The notes below the pieces were generated by a model, which saw only the letters and a program-made list of their open reading frames with translations, was not told where the DNA came from and did no database searches. Position numbers and translations under genes: made by a program. A DNA stretch of 27,632 bases from Lysobacterales bacterium (lineage in GTDB: Bacteria; Pseudomonadota; Gammaproteobacteria; Xanthomonadales; SZUA-5), in the NCBI GenBank assembly GCA_038317875.1, contig JBBQBR010000001.1:1-27632 (forward strand). Direction: 5' to 3'. Below, piece by piece: positions 1-7,297 of the stretch (position 1 is the first letter of the stretch; each line of letters opens with the position of its first letter).

Positions 1-123
1 GATGCACGCTATCGCTTTCGCGACATGGAAGAACGCGTGCGCAACATGGAAGAATATGTAACCAGCGCGAAGTATGAGTTTGAGCGCGAAATGCGTCGTA
101 GTCCGCCGCCTAGCGCTGGTTAG
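1..123 (+). CDS. pspC: Probable phage shock protein C, C-terminal fragment (5' truncated by window)
   Basis: Frame 1 reads DARYRFRDMEERVRNMEEYVTSAKYEFEREMRRSPPPSAG* with TAG at 121-123. It resembles the PspC C-terminal pattern R.R.ME.YVTS..F (E. coli RLRQMERYVTSDTF). Not in the ORF track because the start lies outside the window. Confidence 0.65.
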   Translation, partial: DARYRFRDMEERVRNMEEYVTSAKYEFEREMRRSPPPSAG

Positions 124-163
124 CAGAGCCCGGCGCAAAGCTAAGTTGTAAGTGATTCACTCC

Positions 164-196
164 AGACCCAGGCGCAGTTTGCCTGGGTTTGCTTTT
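164..196 (+). terminator. Intrinsic terminator, possibly bidirectional
   Basis: Stem ACCCAGGC (166-173) / GCCTGGGT (181-188), 7-nt loop, then TTGCTTTT. Lies between the convergent pspC-like gene and the 218-1264 gene. Confidence 0.65.
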
Positions 197-217
197 ACTC
201 AGCAACCGGTTAAAACG

Positions 218-1264
218 TCATTCGCGTTCCGCCGGTGCGTCTGGCTGCAATTCGCACACTATTTTTTGCCTTGCACCGTTTGCTAGTAACCAGCGCCGCG
301 CATAGACATCTTGGCGTTCACGCGCCGCGCAGAATGCGTCATCAAAATCTTGCGGTAACCACAATATCGTGCGAGCTGTATTTATCGGTGCCCGCGACCA
401 GCTCAGCTCACCTGCAATTTTATCGACAAAATGCACTGTCAAAAAGCTACAAACCAGTGCAAAACCACTCATTACACCGATCATGCTAGCGGATTGGACT
501 AAATCATTCACCAGGCCGAAAAAGCCTGTGCGTTCGTCGCTTTCTTCGTCATCGTTGGGCTTCAGAATGTGCCATAAGCGCAAGACTATGCTGCGGAAAT
601 TACCCGCTATAATGAAAAATGGTACCACCATCAATAAAACGGGTGCAATTACGACCAACAGCAGTGGCGAAAAAATAGGCGCAGTGTTGGAGGCGAATCT
701 ACGCCACTTTGGTGTAGGTATAGCTTTGACTTTCGGAGGTGATATTTCGACGGCCGTAACGGTGTCTGGCAAGGCGGCCGACTTGCGGTTACGTTTTCGC
801 TTTTTGACTTGCTCGCGCTGCAGGCGTCTGCGCTCCTGAGCGCTTGGGGTCGGTGCCGTAAAGACGCACACCGTAATGATCGCAGAGCCGAACACGATTG
901 CGGCTAGCGGCACAAACCAGAAGCCTTGGAATGAGAATATCAAAGGTTCAAAAGCGCTGTCACGCGGCAGCTGCAATTGTATTTCCGCACCCAATTCGTA
1001 AGATGAGGAACTCGAAGTCCAGGGCACTTCAAATGACTGGGTAGAGCCCGCGGCTATCGGCCAATTCGCTGGCAATTGGTAGCTCAATATTGGGTAACTC
1101 GAACTATGTCCGTGACTCGGATTGGAACTGTAGTGACCAGTTACGGTGCTAATCACCGTGGCACCGCGCCAGCAAGCCATACGCGCGGCAAACATTGGCT
1201 GCAGCAGCCAAATCATTAGCGCTACTAGCCCAATTGGTAACAGGTTACGAAAGAAAAGTGACAT
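218..1264 (-). CDS. Multi-pass membrane protein with a DUF3592-like domain
   Basis: 348 aa. N-terminal TM helix, then a beta-rich segment (TVTGH..SSSYPILSY...SSSYELGAEIQL) and ..FWFVPLAAIVFG, typical of the DUF3592 pattern. A basic loop and further hydrophobic helices follow. Confidence 0.6.
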   Translation of the reverse strand: MSLFFRNLLPIGLVALMIWLLQPMFAARMACWRGATVISTVTGHYSSNPSHGHSSSYPILSYQLPANWPIAAGSTQSFEVPWTSSSSSYELGAEIQLQLPRDSAFEPLIFSFQGFWFVPLAAIVFGSAIITVCVFTAPTPSAQERRRLQREQVKKRKRNRKSAALPDTVTAVEISPPKVKAIPTPKWRRFASNTAPIFSPLLLVVIAPVLLMVVPFFIIAGNFRSIVLRLWHILKPNDDEESDERTGFFGLVNDLVQSASMIGVMSGFALVCSFLTVHFVDKIAGELSWSRAPINTARTILWLPQDFDDAFCAARERQDVYARRWLLANGARQKIVCELQPDAPAERE

Positions 1265-1374
1265 TATTTTGCTCTAGTACGCGCAAGTTTTTCCGGGGCG
1301 AGTACCTCGTCCATCGTTCGCGTTAGCAAACGAACCTTTTTCTCGTGGTCAAAACGCGAAAAAGTGCCGGCCAT

Positions 1375-1629
1375 CTAGGGTATTGAAATTGCTTCAATAC
1401 GATCACAGCGCACAATCACCCGGTTCGAAGTTTGATTACGCAGCTCAATGGTGTTCTCGTCGATGCGCCGTACAAAAATCGCGTGAATCACCTGCGCACC
1501 GAGATAAATGGCGAGGCCCTTTTTCTGGGCAATGCTTTGTTCTAGAAGGTCATCCAAGATTATTCGAGGCAGCCCACAGTGAAGGTGGTGATTGCTTTGC
1601 ATGCTCGTTAACTGCGCTTCTGTATACAT
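1375..1629 (-). CDS. Small hypothetical protein with an Sm/Hfq-like sequence pattern (start uncertain: 1671 TTG, 1629 ATG, 1602 ATG or 1557 TTG)
   Basis: The last ~60 aa (LDDLLEQSIAQKKGLAIYLG...IDENTIELRN...RVIVRCDRIEAISIP) show one helix plus five short strands and align by eye to the Hfq core. Confidence 0.6.
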   Translation of the reverse strand: MYTEAQLTSMQSNHHLHCGLPRIILDDLLEQSIAQKKGLAIYLGAQVIHAIFVRRIDENTIELRNQTSNRVIVRCDRIEAISIP

Positions 1630-1785
1630 TTGTCGCTCAAGAATAGGTATGTAGTAATTGATAAACGTCAAGTTGAGGCGAAAACGAAAACGAAAACCAA
1701 CAAGAGCAAATCGCGGAAACTTGCGAAAATTGATTTCTGATTTTGCCGCGCGAACGCATCTACACTCACGGCGGTCTCGGGCGAG

Positions 1786-2019
1786 CTAAAGTAAAAAGAT
1801 TCGATGCTCAGTGTTGGGCGGTCTAGGCGTGAATTCACCACCCAGAATACGCGCAAGCTCGCTGAGTTCGCACGCCAGCTGGATCGGATCAACGGCCTCC
1901 GGTAGCGCAAACGCCGGGATATCGCTTCCGGTAAAGGTGCTCAACAGATCGCTGTCTAAGTCTTTTTTAGACGCGGCTAGCAATGTTTCGTTAATCGGTT
2001 GAATTAACAAGTTCGTCAT
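1786..2019 (-). CDS. Small acidic hypothetical protein overlapping the end of the nucleotidyltransferase gene
   Basis: ATG at 2019 (alternative TTG 2037), 77 aa, overlapping the upstream gene by 29 nt. C-terminal half DPIQLACELSELARILGGEFTPRP...IFLL is protein-like. Confidence 0.55.
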   Translation of the reverse strand: MTNLLIQPINETLLAASKKDLDSDLLSTFTGSDIPAFALPEAVDPIQLACELSELARILGGEFTPRPPNTEHRIFLL

Positions 2020-2518
2020 AAAGTGCGGTTTTGTCAAACAGTAAAAAGTAATCGTAAAGCTGCGTTAGATTTAATTTTGCGCGATGCTTCTTGATGAGGT
2101 TGCGAATATCGACTAAATCTTGTACTCGGCGTGGGTCGTTGGTCAGTGCCTGAAGTTTGAGCCCAATTAAGCCTTCAACGGTGACTACATTGAGCGATTG
2201 CGCACCGATTTGCCGGGTTTGCGCAGTTTCTATAAGCACCAGCGCACGCGGACGGTAGGCGTAGATAAAGTCGATAGCCGCCATACCCCGTCGGTAATTT
2301 GCCGCATCCTCACTGCGATGTATGCACTGGTAGCCCAGTGAAATCAGCAGCAAGTGAACCCTATCTGCGTCCAAACGATTCAACAAAAAATCGATATCTT
2401 GCGTGGCCCTGGGAAGTTGATGTGCGCTCAGTGCCAAGCCACCAATCAGCGCATAGCGCGCGCCGCAGGCAATTAGGTGCGCATTGAATTCTTTAAGTTC
2501 GTCGAGCAGAGCATTCAT
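1991..2518 (-). CDS. Nucleotidyltransferase of the DNA polymerase beta superfamily (AbiEii/MenT/DUF6036-like)
   Basis: Motif IGGLAL..H..PRATQDIDF (GG plus DxD metal site) and C-terminal GLKLQA....RRVQDLVDI. Likely start is ATG 2518 (MNALLDEL); the ORF track starts at 2593. Confidence 0.85.
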   Translation of the reverse strand: MNALLDELKEFNAHLIACGARYALIGGLALSAHQLPRATQDIDFLLNRLDADRVHLLLISLGYQCIHRSEDAANYRRGMAAIDFIYAYRPRALVLIETAQTRQIGAQSLNVVTVEGLIGLKLQALTNDPRRVQDLVDIRNLIKKHRAKLNLTQLYDYFLLFDKTALYDELVNSTD

Positions 2519-2615
2519 ATTATTTTGAGTTGATCTAAGAAGTGCCTCATAGTTTCCAAGCAGTGCATGATCCCAACAAGCACCAACCAACACCGCACCC
2601 CAAAATCCACCCCGA

Positions 2616-2720
2616 CGTCATCCCGGCGCCGGCTGGGAACCATTTTTACCGTGCGCCCGTTCTACGCCGAATACCTGTCACCTGAAAAGCCAATGGATCC
2701 CGGCCTGCGCCGGGATGACG
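2616..2720. repeat. Inverted doublet of CGTC-tagged REP-like palindromes (REPIN/NIME-like)
   Basis: CGTCATCCCGGCGCCGGCTGGGAACCA (2616-2642) and TGGATCCCGGCCTGCGCCGGGATGACG (2694-2720) are inverted copies, 24/27 identical, with a 51-bp spacer. Each copy is itself a hairpin. Confidence 0.8.
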
Positions 2721-2793
2721 ATTGGAATTTCAACGCCTTCAGTGTATCGGACACCAAATCCAACGCCCAGAACCCAAGCAAATCCCTGCGCGT

Positions 2794-5028
2794 TTAAGCC
2801 GCCACCGCCGCTAAAGCCGCGTTAAAAGTAGCACTAGGCCGCATGACCGCATCAGCTTTCACCAGATCGAGCTTGTAGTAGCCGCCGATGTCGGCCGCGT
2901 GGCCCTGCACTGCAGCGAGCTCAGCCACGATTTTTTGCTCGTTTTCAGTGAGCGACTTTGCCAAGCCGGTAAATTGCGCCTGCAGTTCTAGATCATCGGT
3001 CTGTTCGGCCAAGGCTTGCGCCCAATACATCGCTAGGTAGAAATGGCTGCCGCGATTGTCCAGCTCGCCGGTGGTGGCGACTGGGGATTTGTTGTTGTCA
3101 AGCAGCTTGCCGGTGGCGGTATCTAAGGTCTGGGCAAGTACGGTGGCTTTCTTGTTGCCGGTTTTAATGCCCAAATCTTCCAGCGACACCGCAAGGGCCA
3201 GGAATTCACCGAGGGAATCCCAGCGCAAATGATTCTCTTCTACCAATTGTTTGACGTGCCGGGGCGCGGAGCCGCCGGCACCGGTTTCAAACAGTGCGCC
3301 GCCCGCCATCAGCGGCACAATCGAGAGCATCTTGGCGCTGGTGCCGACTTCAATAATCGGAAATAGATCGGTTAGATAATCGCGTAGGATATTGCCAGTG
3401 ACTGCGATTGTGTCTTTGCCGCGAATAATGCGCTCCAGCGAAAAGCGCATCGAACGCATGTAGGACATGATCTGGATGTCTAAGCCGTCCAAGTCGTATT
3501 CCTTGAGATAAGCGCGCACTTTCTTGATCAATTCGGCGTCGTGCGGGCGATATTCGTCGAGCCAAAACACCGCCGGCGTATCAGACAATCGAGCGCGGGT
3601 GACGGCAAGTTTGACCCAGTCGCGAATCGGTGCATCTTTCACTTGGCACATGCGCCAGATATCGCCTTGCTCGACATTTTGCTCGATTAACACGGTGCCG
3701 TCCTGATCGACGAAGCGCGCCACGCCGTCCTCTGGGATCTCAAAAGTCTTGTCATGCGAGCCGTATTCCTCAGCTTGCTGCGCCATCAGCCCGACATTGG
3801 GAACGGTGCCTAAGGTGGTTGGGTCAAACGCGCCGTTCGATTTGCAGAAATTAATGATCTCTTGATAGATGCGCGCGTAGGTGCTCTCCGGCATAACGGC
3901 TTTGGTGTCTTTGAGTTTGCCGTCGGGCCCGTACATTTTGCCGCCGACGCGGATCATCGCGGGCATGGATGCGTCGACAATCACGTCATTGGGCGCATGC
4001 AGGTTGGAGATTCCTTTGACCGAATCGACCATCGCCAATTCCGGCTGAGTGGCATAGCAAGCATGCATATCACGTTCGATTTGCTCGCGCTGGGCAGTGG
4101 GCAGATCTTTGATTTTGTCGTACACGCTGCTAACGCCGTTATTCGGATTAACGCCGAGCTTCTCAAATAACTCGCCGTGTTTGGCGAAGGCGTCTTTATA
4201 GAACACCTTGACCGCGTGGCCGAACACGATCGGGTGTGACACCTTCATCATCGTGGCTTTTACATGCAGGGAAAACATAACCCCTGTGTTTTTGGCGTCT
4301 TCCAATGCGTCTTCATAAAATTTGCACAGCGCCTTTTTACTCATGAACATGCTGTCGATGATTTCACCTTCCTGCAGCGAAACCTTTTTCTTGAGCACAA
4401 TCACCGCACCACTTTTGGTGACGAGATCCATCGTCACATCGCAAGCGCGCGGCATGGTCATGCATTTTTCGCTGGAGTAAAAATCGCCGCCGCGCATGTG
4501 CGCCACGTGTGTGCGTGAAGCGGGGCTCCAAGGTGCCATCGAATGCGGGTTTTTGCGCGCATAGCGCTTCACTGCTGCTGGCGCCCGACGGTCCGAATTA
4601 CCTTCGCGCAATACGGGATTGACCGCACTGCCGACGATTTTGCCGTAGCGTTCGCGCAGCAACTTTTCAGCGTCGGTTTTCGGCTGCTCTGGAAAGTCTG
4701 GAAGGTCAAAGCCTTTGCCCTGCAGTTCGCGAATTGCCGCGACCAATTGCGGCACCGAGGCGCTGATATTGGGCAGTTTGATGATATTGGTATCCGGGTT
4801 TTGCGTAAGCTTGCCAAGTTCGGCCAAATTGTTCGGAGCCTTCTGATCGTCTTTTAGATAGTCCGAAAATTCCGCCAAAATCCGCGCTGACACCGAAATA
4901 TCGCTGCCGGCAATTTCAATTCCAGCGGGTGCAGCAAAGGTGCGAATGATCGGCAGGAAGGAACAGCTGGCCAAAAGCGGTGCTTCGTCGGTAAGCGTGT
5001 AGATGATTTTTGAGGGTTTGACGGGCAT
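2794..5028 (-). CDS. icd: Monomeric NADP-dependent isocitrate dehydrogenase
   Basis: 744 aa with monomeric IDH motifs [48 protein letters not shown]. Confidence 0.97.
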   Translation of the reverse strand: MPVKPSKIIYTLTDEAPLLASCSFLPIIRTFAAPAGIEIAGSDISVSARILAEFSDYLKDDQKAPNNLAELGKLTQNPDTNIIKLPNISASVPQLVAAIRELQGKGFDLPDFPEQPKTDAEKLLRERYGKIVGSAVNPVLREGNSDRRAPAAVKRYARKNPHSMAPWSPASRTHVAHMRGGDFYSSEKCMTMPRACDVTMDLVTKSGAVIVLKKKVSLQEGEIIDSMFMSKKALCKFYEDALEDAKNTGVMFSLHVKATMMKVSHPIVFGHAVKVFYKDAFAKHGELFEKLGVNPNNGVSSVYDKIKDLPTAQREQIERDMHACYATQPELAMVDSVKGISNLHAPNDVIVDASMPAMIRVGGKMYGPDGKLKDTKAVMPESTYARIYQEIINFCKSNGAFDPTTLGTVPNVGLMAQQAEEYGSHDKTFEIPEDGVARFVDQDGTVLIEQNVEQGDIWRMCQVKDAPIRDWVKLAVTRARLSDTPAVFWLDEYRPHDAELIKKVRAYLKEYDLDGLDIQIMSYMRSMRFSLERIIRGKDTIAVTGNILRDYLTDLFPIIEVGTSAKMLSIVPLMAGGALFETGAGGSAPRHVKQLVEENHLRWDSLGEFLALAVSLEDLGIKTGNKKATVLAQTLDTATGKLLDNNKSPVATTGELDNRGSHFYLAMYWAQALAEQTDDLELQAQFTGLAKSLTENEQKIVAELAAVQGHAADIGGYYKLDLVKADAVMRPSATFNAALAAVAA

Positions 5029-5126
5029 AAAGGTGCCTTGAGATGCATGGGTGGGTTGGGTAAATGATGCGCCCTACGCTAGCTTCAATGGCCCGCTCAA
5101 TCAAGCCCGCAAATCAGACCCGCGAA

Positions 5127-5603
5127 TCAAGTTTGCCGCGCGCTGAGCCACATGGTAATCACGGCGGACACCACAATCACATCGTTACAATCATAAACAT
5201 TGACGAGCATAGGCAGCTCGCCTGGCTGCAATTGCTCAGGTGTCTTGATTTCGCAGACCGCGCGTAAATCAGTGGCAGCTTTTTTAAGATAGTTAATCGT
5301 CATGGCTTTGGGAATCCAGCGTAAATGTTTGGGCAGGCTTGCTTCGATCAAGGTGCCAGCGGCAAGCTCGCATAAATTGCCAATCGCTAGCGCGTGCACC
5401 GTGCCAATGTGGTTGTGCACTTTGCGCCGATTTTTCAAATGGACTTCGACAAAGCCTGCGCGCAATTCCTTAAATACGCCGCCAATGCTGGCGAAGTAGG
5501 GCGCGCGCCAGCCGACCAATTTTGAGAATAGCCATTTGCCAGCGGGGTAGCGGGCCAGCTGGTTGTAGAGTTTCAGGGCATCGGGTGCGGTTTTGTTTGA
5601 CAT
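5127..5603 (-). CDS. Hotdog-fold thioesterase-like protein (DUF4442/YiiD-C-like)
   Basis: 158 aa with APYF.SI, N.RKVHNHIGTVHALAIGNLCELAAG, WIPKAMTINYLKKA. Confidence 0.85.
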   Translation of the reverse strand: MSNKTAPDALKLYNQLARYPAGKWLFSKLVGWRAPYFASIGGVFKELRAGFVEVHLKNRRKVHNHIGTVHALAIGNLCELAAGTLIEASLPKHLRWIPKAMTINYLKKAATDLRAVCEIKTPEQLQPGELPMLVNVYDCNDVIVVSAVITMWLSARQT

Positions 5604-5622
5604 AGTTACGGGCGCGAAGTAG

Positions 5623-5641
5623 TCTAGAATTATATTCTAGA
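5623..5641. promoter_or_regulatory. Palindromic operator candidate, probably for the nearby TetR protein
   Basis: TCTAGAAT-tat-ATTCTAGA, perfect 8-bp arms, inside the 52-bp gap between two divergent genes. Confidence 0.55.
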
Positions 5642-5655
5642 ACGATAATCTAATC

Positions 5656-6192
5656 ATGGCAACCCCACTGCAACCGCAAACGCCTCATCGACCGCAAACG
5701 CGCCCCAAAATTATTAAGCAAGGTTTTCTGGCGAAGAGAATGCCTTCTGCGCGGATGCTGCGCTGGGTATTTAATCTGTGGCCGACCTTTCGCTTTGCCG
5801 GTGTGCGGGTGCGCGCGATTGCCACGGATTTCACCGTAGCAAAGGTCGAATTGCGCCTAGGCTTGCTGAATCGCAATTATGTCGGTACCGCGTTTGGTGG
5901 CACGCTTTATGCGATGACCGATCCGTTTTATATGCTGATGATGATGCGCCAGCTTGGCTCTGGCTACGTCGTATGGGATCGTGCTGGCGCGGTGCGCTAT
6001 CTAGCACCCGGTAAAGGCGTGATCACGGCAAATTTCGAGCTACCCGCAGCAGAAGTGGCGCGCGTGCGCGGCTTGCTGGGCGACTCGGGAAAGCTGGATC
6101 AAACCTACACCGTCGACTTGCGCGACGCGGCGAATCAGCTGATTGCGCAAGTCGAGAAGACTTTATATATCCGTAAGCTTGTCAGCGCTTGA
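5656..6192 (+). CDS. DUF4442-family hotdog-fold protein
   Basis: 178 aa with NLWPTFRFAG.RV, LNRNYVGTAFGGTLYAMTDPFYMLM, VVWD..G..RYL.PG. Confidence 0.85.
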   Translation: MATPLQPQTPHRPQTRPKIIKQGFLAKRMPSARMLRWVFNLWPTFRFAGVRVRAIATDFTVAKVELRLGLLNRNYVGTAFGGTLYAMTDPFYMLMMMRQLGSGYVVWDRAGAVRYLAPGKGVITANFELPAAEVARVRGLLGDSGKLDQTYTVDLRDAANQLIAQVEKTLYIRKLVSA

Positions 6193-6214
6193 AACCACGG
6201 CAGAATGTGCGCGT

Positions 6215-6784
6215 ATGAGTGATACCCGAAGCGTAGCAATTGCCTCAGCGCGGGCGCTATTTTTGACGCGCGGTTTAGAAGCCACGCGCATCGAAGACTT
6301 GCGCGATGCCAGCGGCATTAGTACCGGCAGCCTGTATCACCACTTTGGCAGCAAGTTGGGATTGTTGGAAGCGGTGGTTATTTCTGCCTTAGCTGACCAC
6401 AAACGCGCGCTCTTGGAAAAGCTTAACGAAAGTTTGTCAGCGTTTGAGGCGGTGCAGAGCCTGATTGCGACCACGGCTGACTGGATCAGCGCAAACCCCG
6501 ACGCCGCGCGCTGCATATTTAGGTTTCGCGGCGCGTTGGAGTCCGCCGGAAGTAGCGCGCTAAAAGATCACAATCGCAACGAATTGATCCCGCTGTTAAA
6601 GCGGCTAGAGGGCTGGATTAAAAACGGCGAAATTCGTGCATTGCCGATGGCGCTGCTACTGCCGCTTTTGCACGGGCCATTACACGAATATGCCCGAGCT
6701 TGGTTAGCCGGGCGCGTGGCGGCGCCGCCGAGCGCGCATGTGGAGGTTTTTGTGGCGGCGGCTTGGGGGGCTTTGAGGCCTTGA
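6215..6784 (+). CDS. TetR/AcrR-family transcriptional regulator
   Basis: N-terminal HTH ARALFLTRGLEATRIEDLRDASGISTGSLYHHFGSK. ATG 6215 is more plausible than the track start at 6143, which overlaps the upstream gene. Confidence 0.9.
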   Translation: MSDTRSVAIASARALFLTRGLEATRIEDLRDASGISTGSLYHHFGSKLGLLEAVVISALADHKRALLEKLNESLSAFEAVQSLIATTADWISANPDAARCIFRFRGALESAGSSALKDHNRNELIPLLKRLEGWIKNGEIRALPMALLLPLLHGPLHEYARAWLAGRVAAPPSAHVEVFVAAAWGALRP

Positions 6785-6856
6785 GGTTAACCGTGTTCAT
6801 GTTTCAGCGAAAACGTGATTATTTAGTGCCTTGCCAAGCGGTACCACTGAGTTTTT

Positions 6857-6899
6857 TACGTCTAGCGCCGTTTTAAGGAATTCACGACGGCGCTGCGTA
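6857..6899. other. Stem-loop between convergent genes
   Basis: AGCGCCGT (6864-6871) / ACGGCGCT (6887-6894), extendable with TACG/CGTA. No clear U tract, so a terminator role is uncertain. Confidence 0.35.
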
Positions 6900-6919
6900 A
6901 CGACATCTAGGCGCCACCG

Positions 6920-7153
6920 TCACTTACGCATCATTTCTGGCGACTTTCGTGGGTCGAAGCGCGCCTTTCCGTCTTTGGCCATCGAGTAAGAATTAGTCAG
7001 TTGTTTCTCAAGAGGCAGATGCGCATCTCGGCTTATAGGTAAAGTCTGACGCACCGTTCGTCGAACCTTACGATGCGACGCAGCTTTGTCAGCTTTCTCG
7101 GATTCGGCTGAGGTTATGCCGCGTGCTGGGGTTTTACGTTTTGATCGCGCCAT
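6920..7153 (-). CDS. Small highly basic hypothetical protein
   Basis: 77 aa, 21 Lys/Arg, ATG start, occupies otherwise empty space. Pattern M.RS.RKTP..G.T...SE..DK...HR..R...AKDGK. Confidence 0.7.
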   Translation of the reverse strand: MARSKRKTPARGITSAESEKADKAASHRKVRRTVRQTLPISRDAHLPLEKQLTNSYSMAKDGKARFDPRKSPEMMRK

Positions 7154-7227
7154 CAGTTTTTCTAACCGTCGTGGCTAAGAAGAGAGAGTAGTTTATTGCC
7201 TTCGTTGTCGGTCGGCTTCCCGTCAAT

Positions 7228-7246
7228 GGCAGGGCAGGGCAGGGCA
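7228..7246. repeat. Pentanucleotide tandem repeat (GGCAG)x3.8
   Basis: GGCAG GGCAG GGCAG GGCA in the region upstream of the 77-aa gene. Confidence 0.7.
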
Positions 7247-7297
7247 CTGTATTGCCTGCGGATACGATTTAAACTTTTTTGGCCATTGAAAAACTCA

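Noticed and set aside
235-839. Plus-strand ORFs 235-489 and 369-839
   Set aside because: Antisense shadows of the 348-aa membrane protein with no recognisable motifs.
1668-1910. 80-aa minus-strand ORF with a hydrophobic end
   Set aside because: Overlaps the more protein-like 1786-2019 ORF in another frame. Its LLLLVFVFVF tail is just the translation of the TTTTCG repeat run.
2567-2797. 76-aa plus-strand ORF
   Set aside because: Runs through the REP doublet. Such palindromes commonly produce spurious ORFs.
2794-2850. icd 3' end as a phage-type attachment site for the adjacent islet
   Set aside because: No duplicated icd 3' segment or integrase is visible, and the E. coli icd att precedent concerns the different, dimeric IDH gene.
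3350-5104. Several short ORFs inside or overlapping icd
   Set aside because: Alternative-frame or antisense shadows of a GC-rich, well-supported gene.
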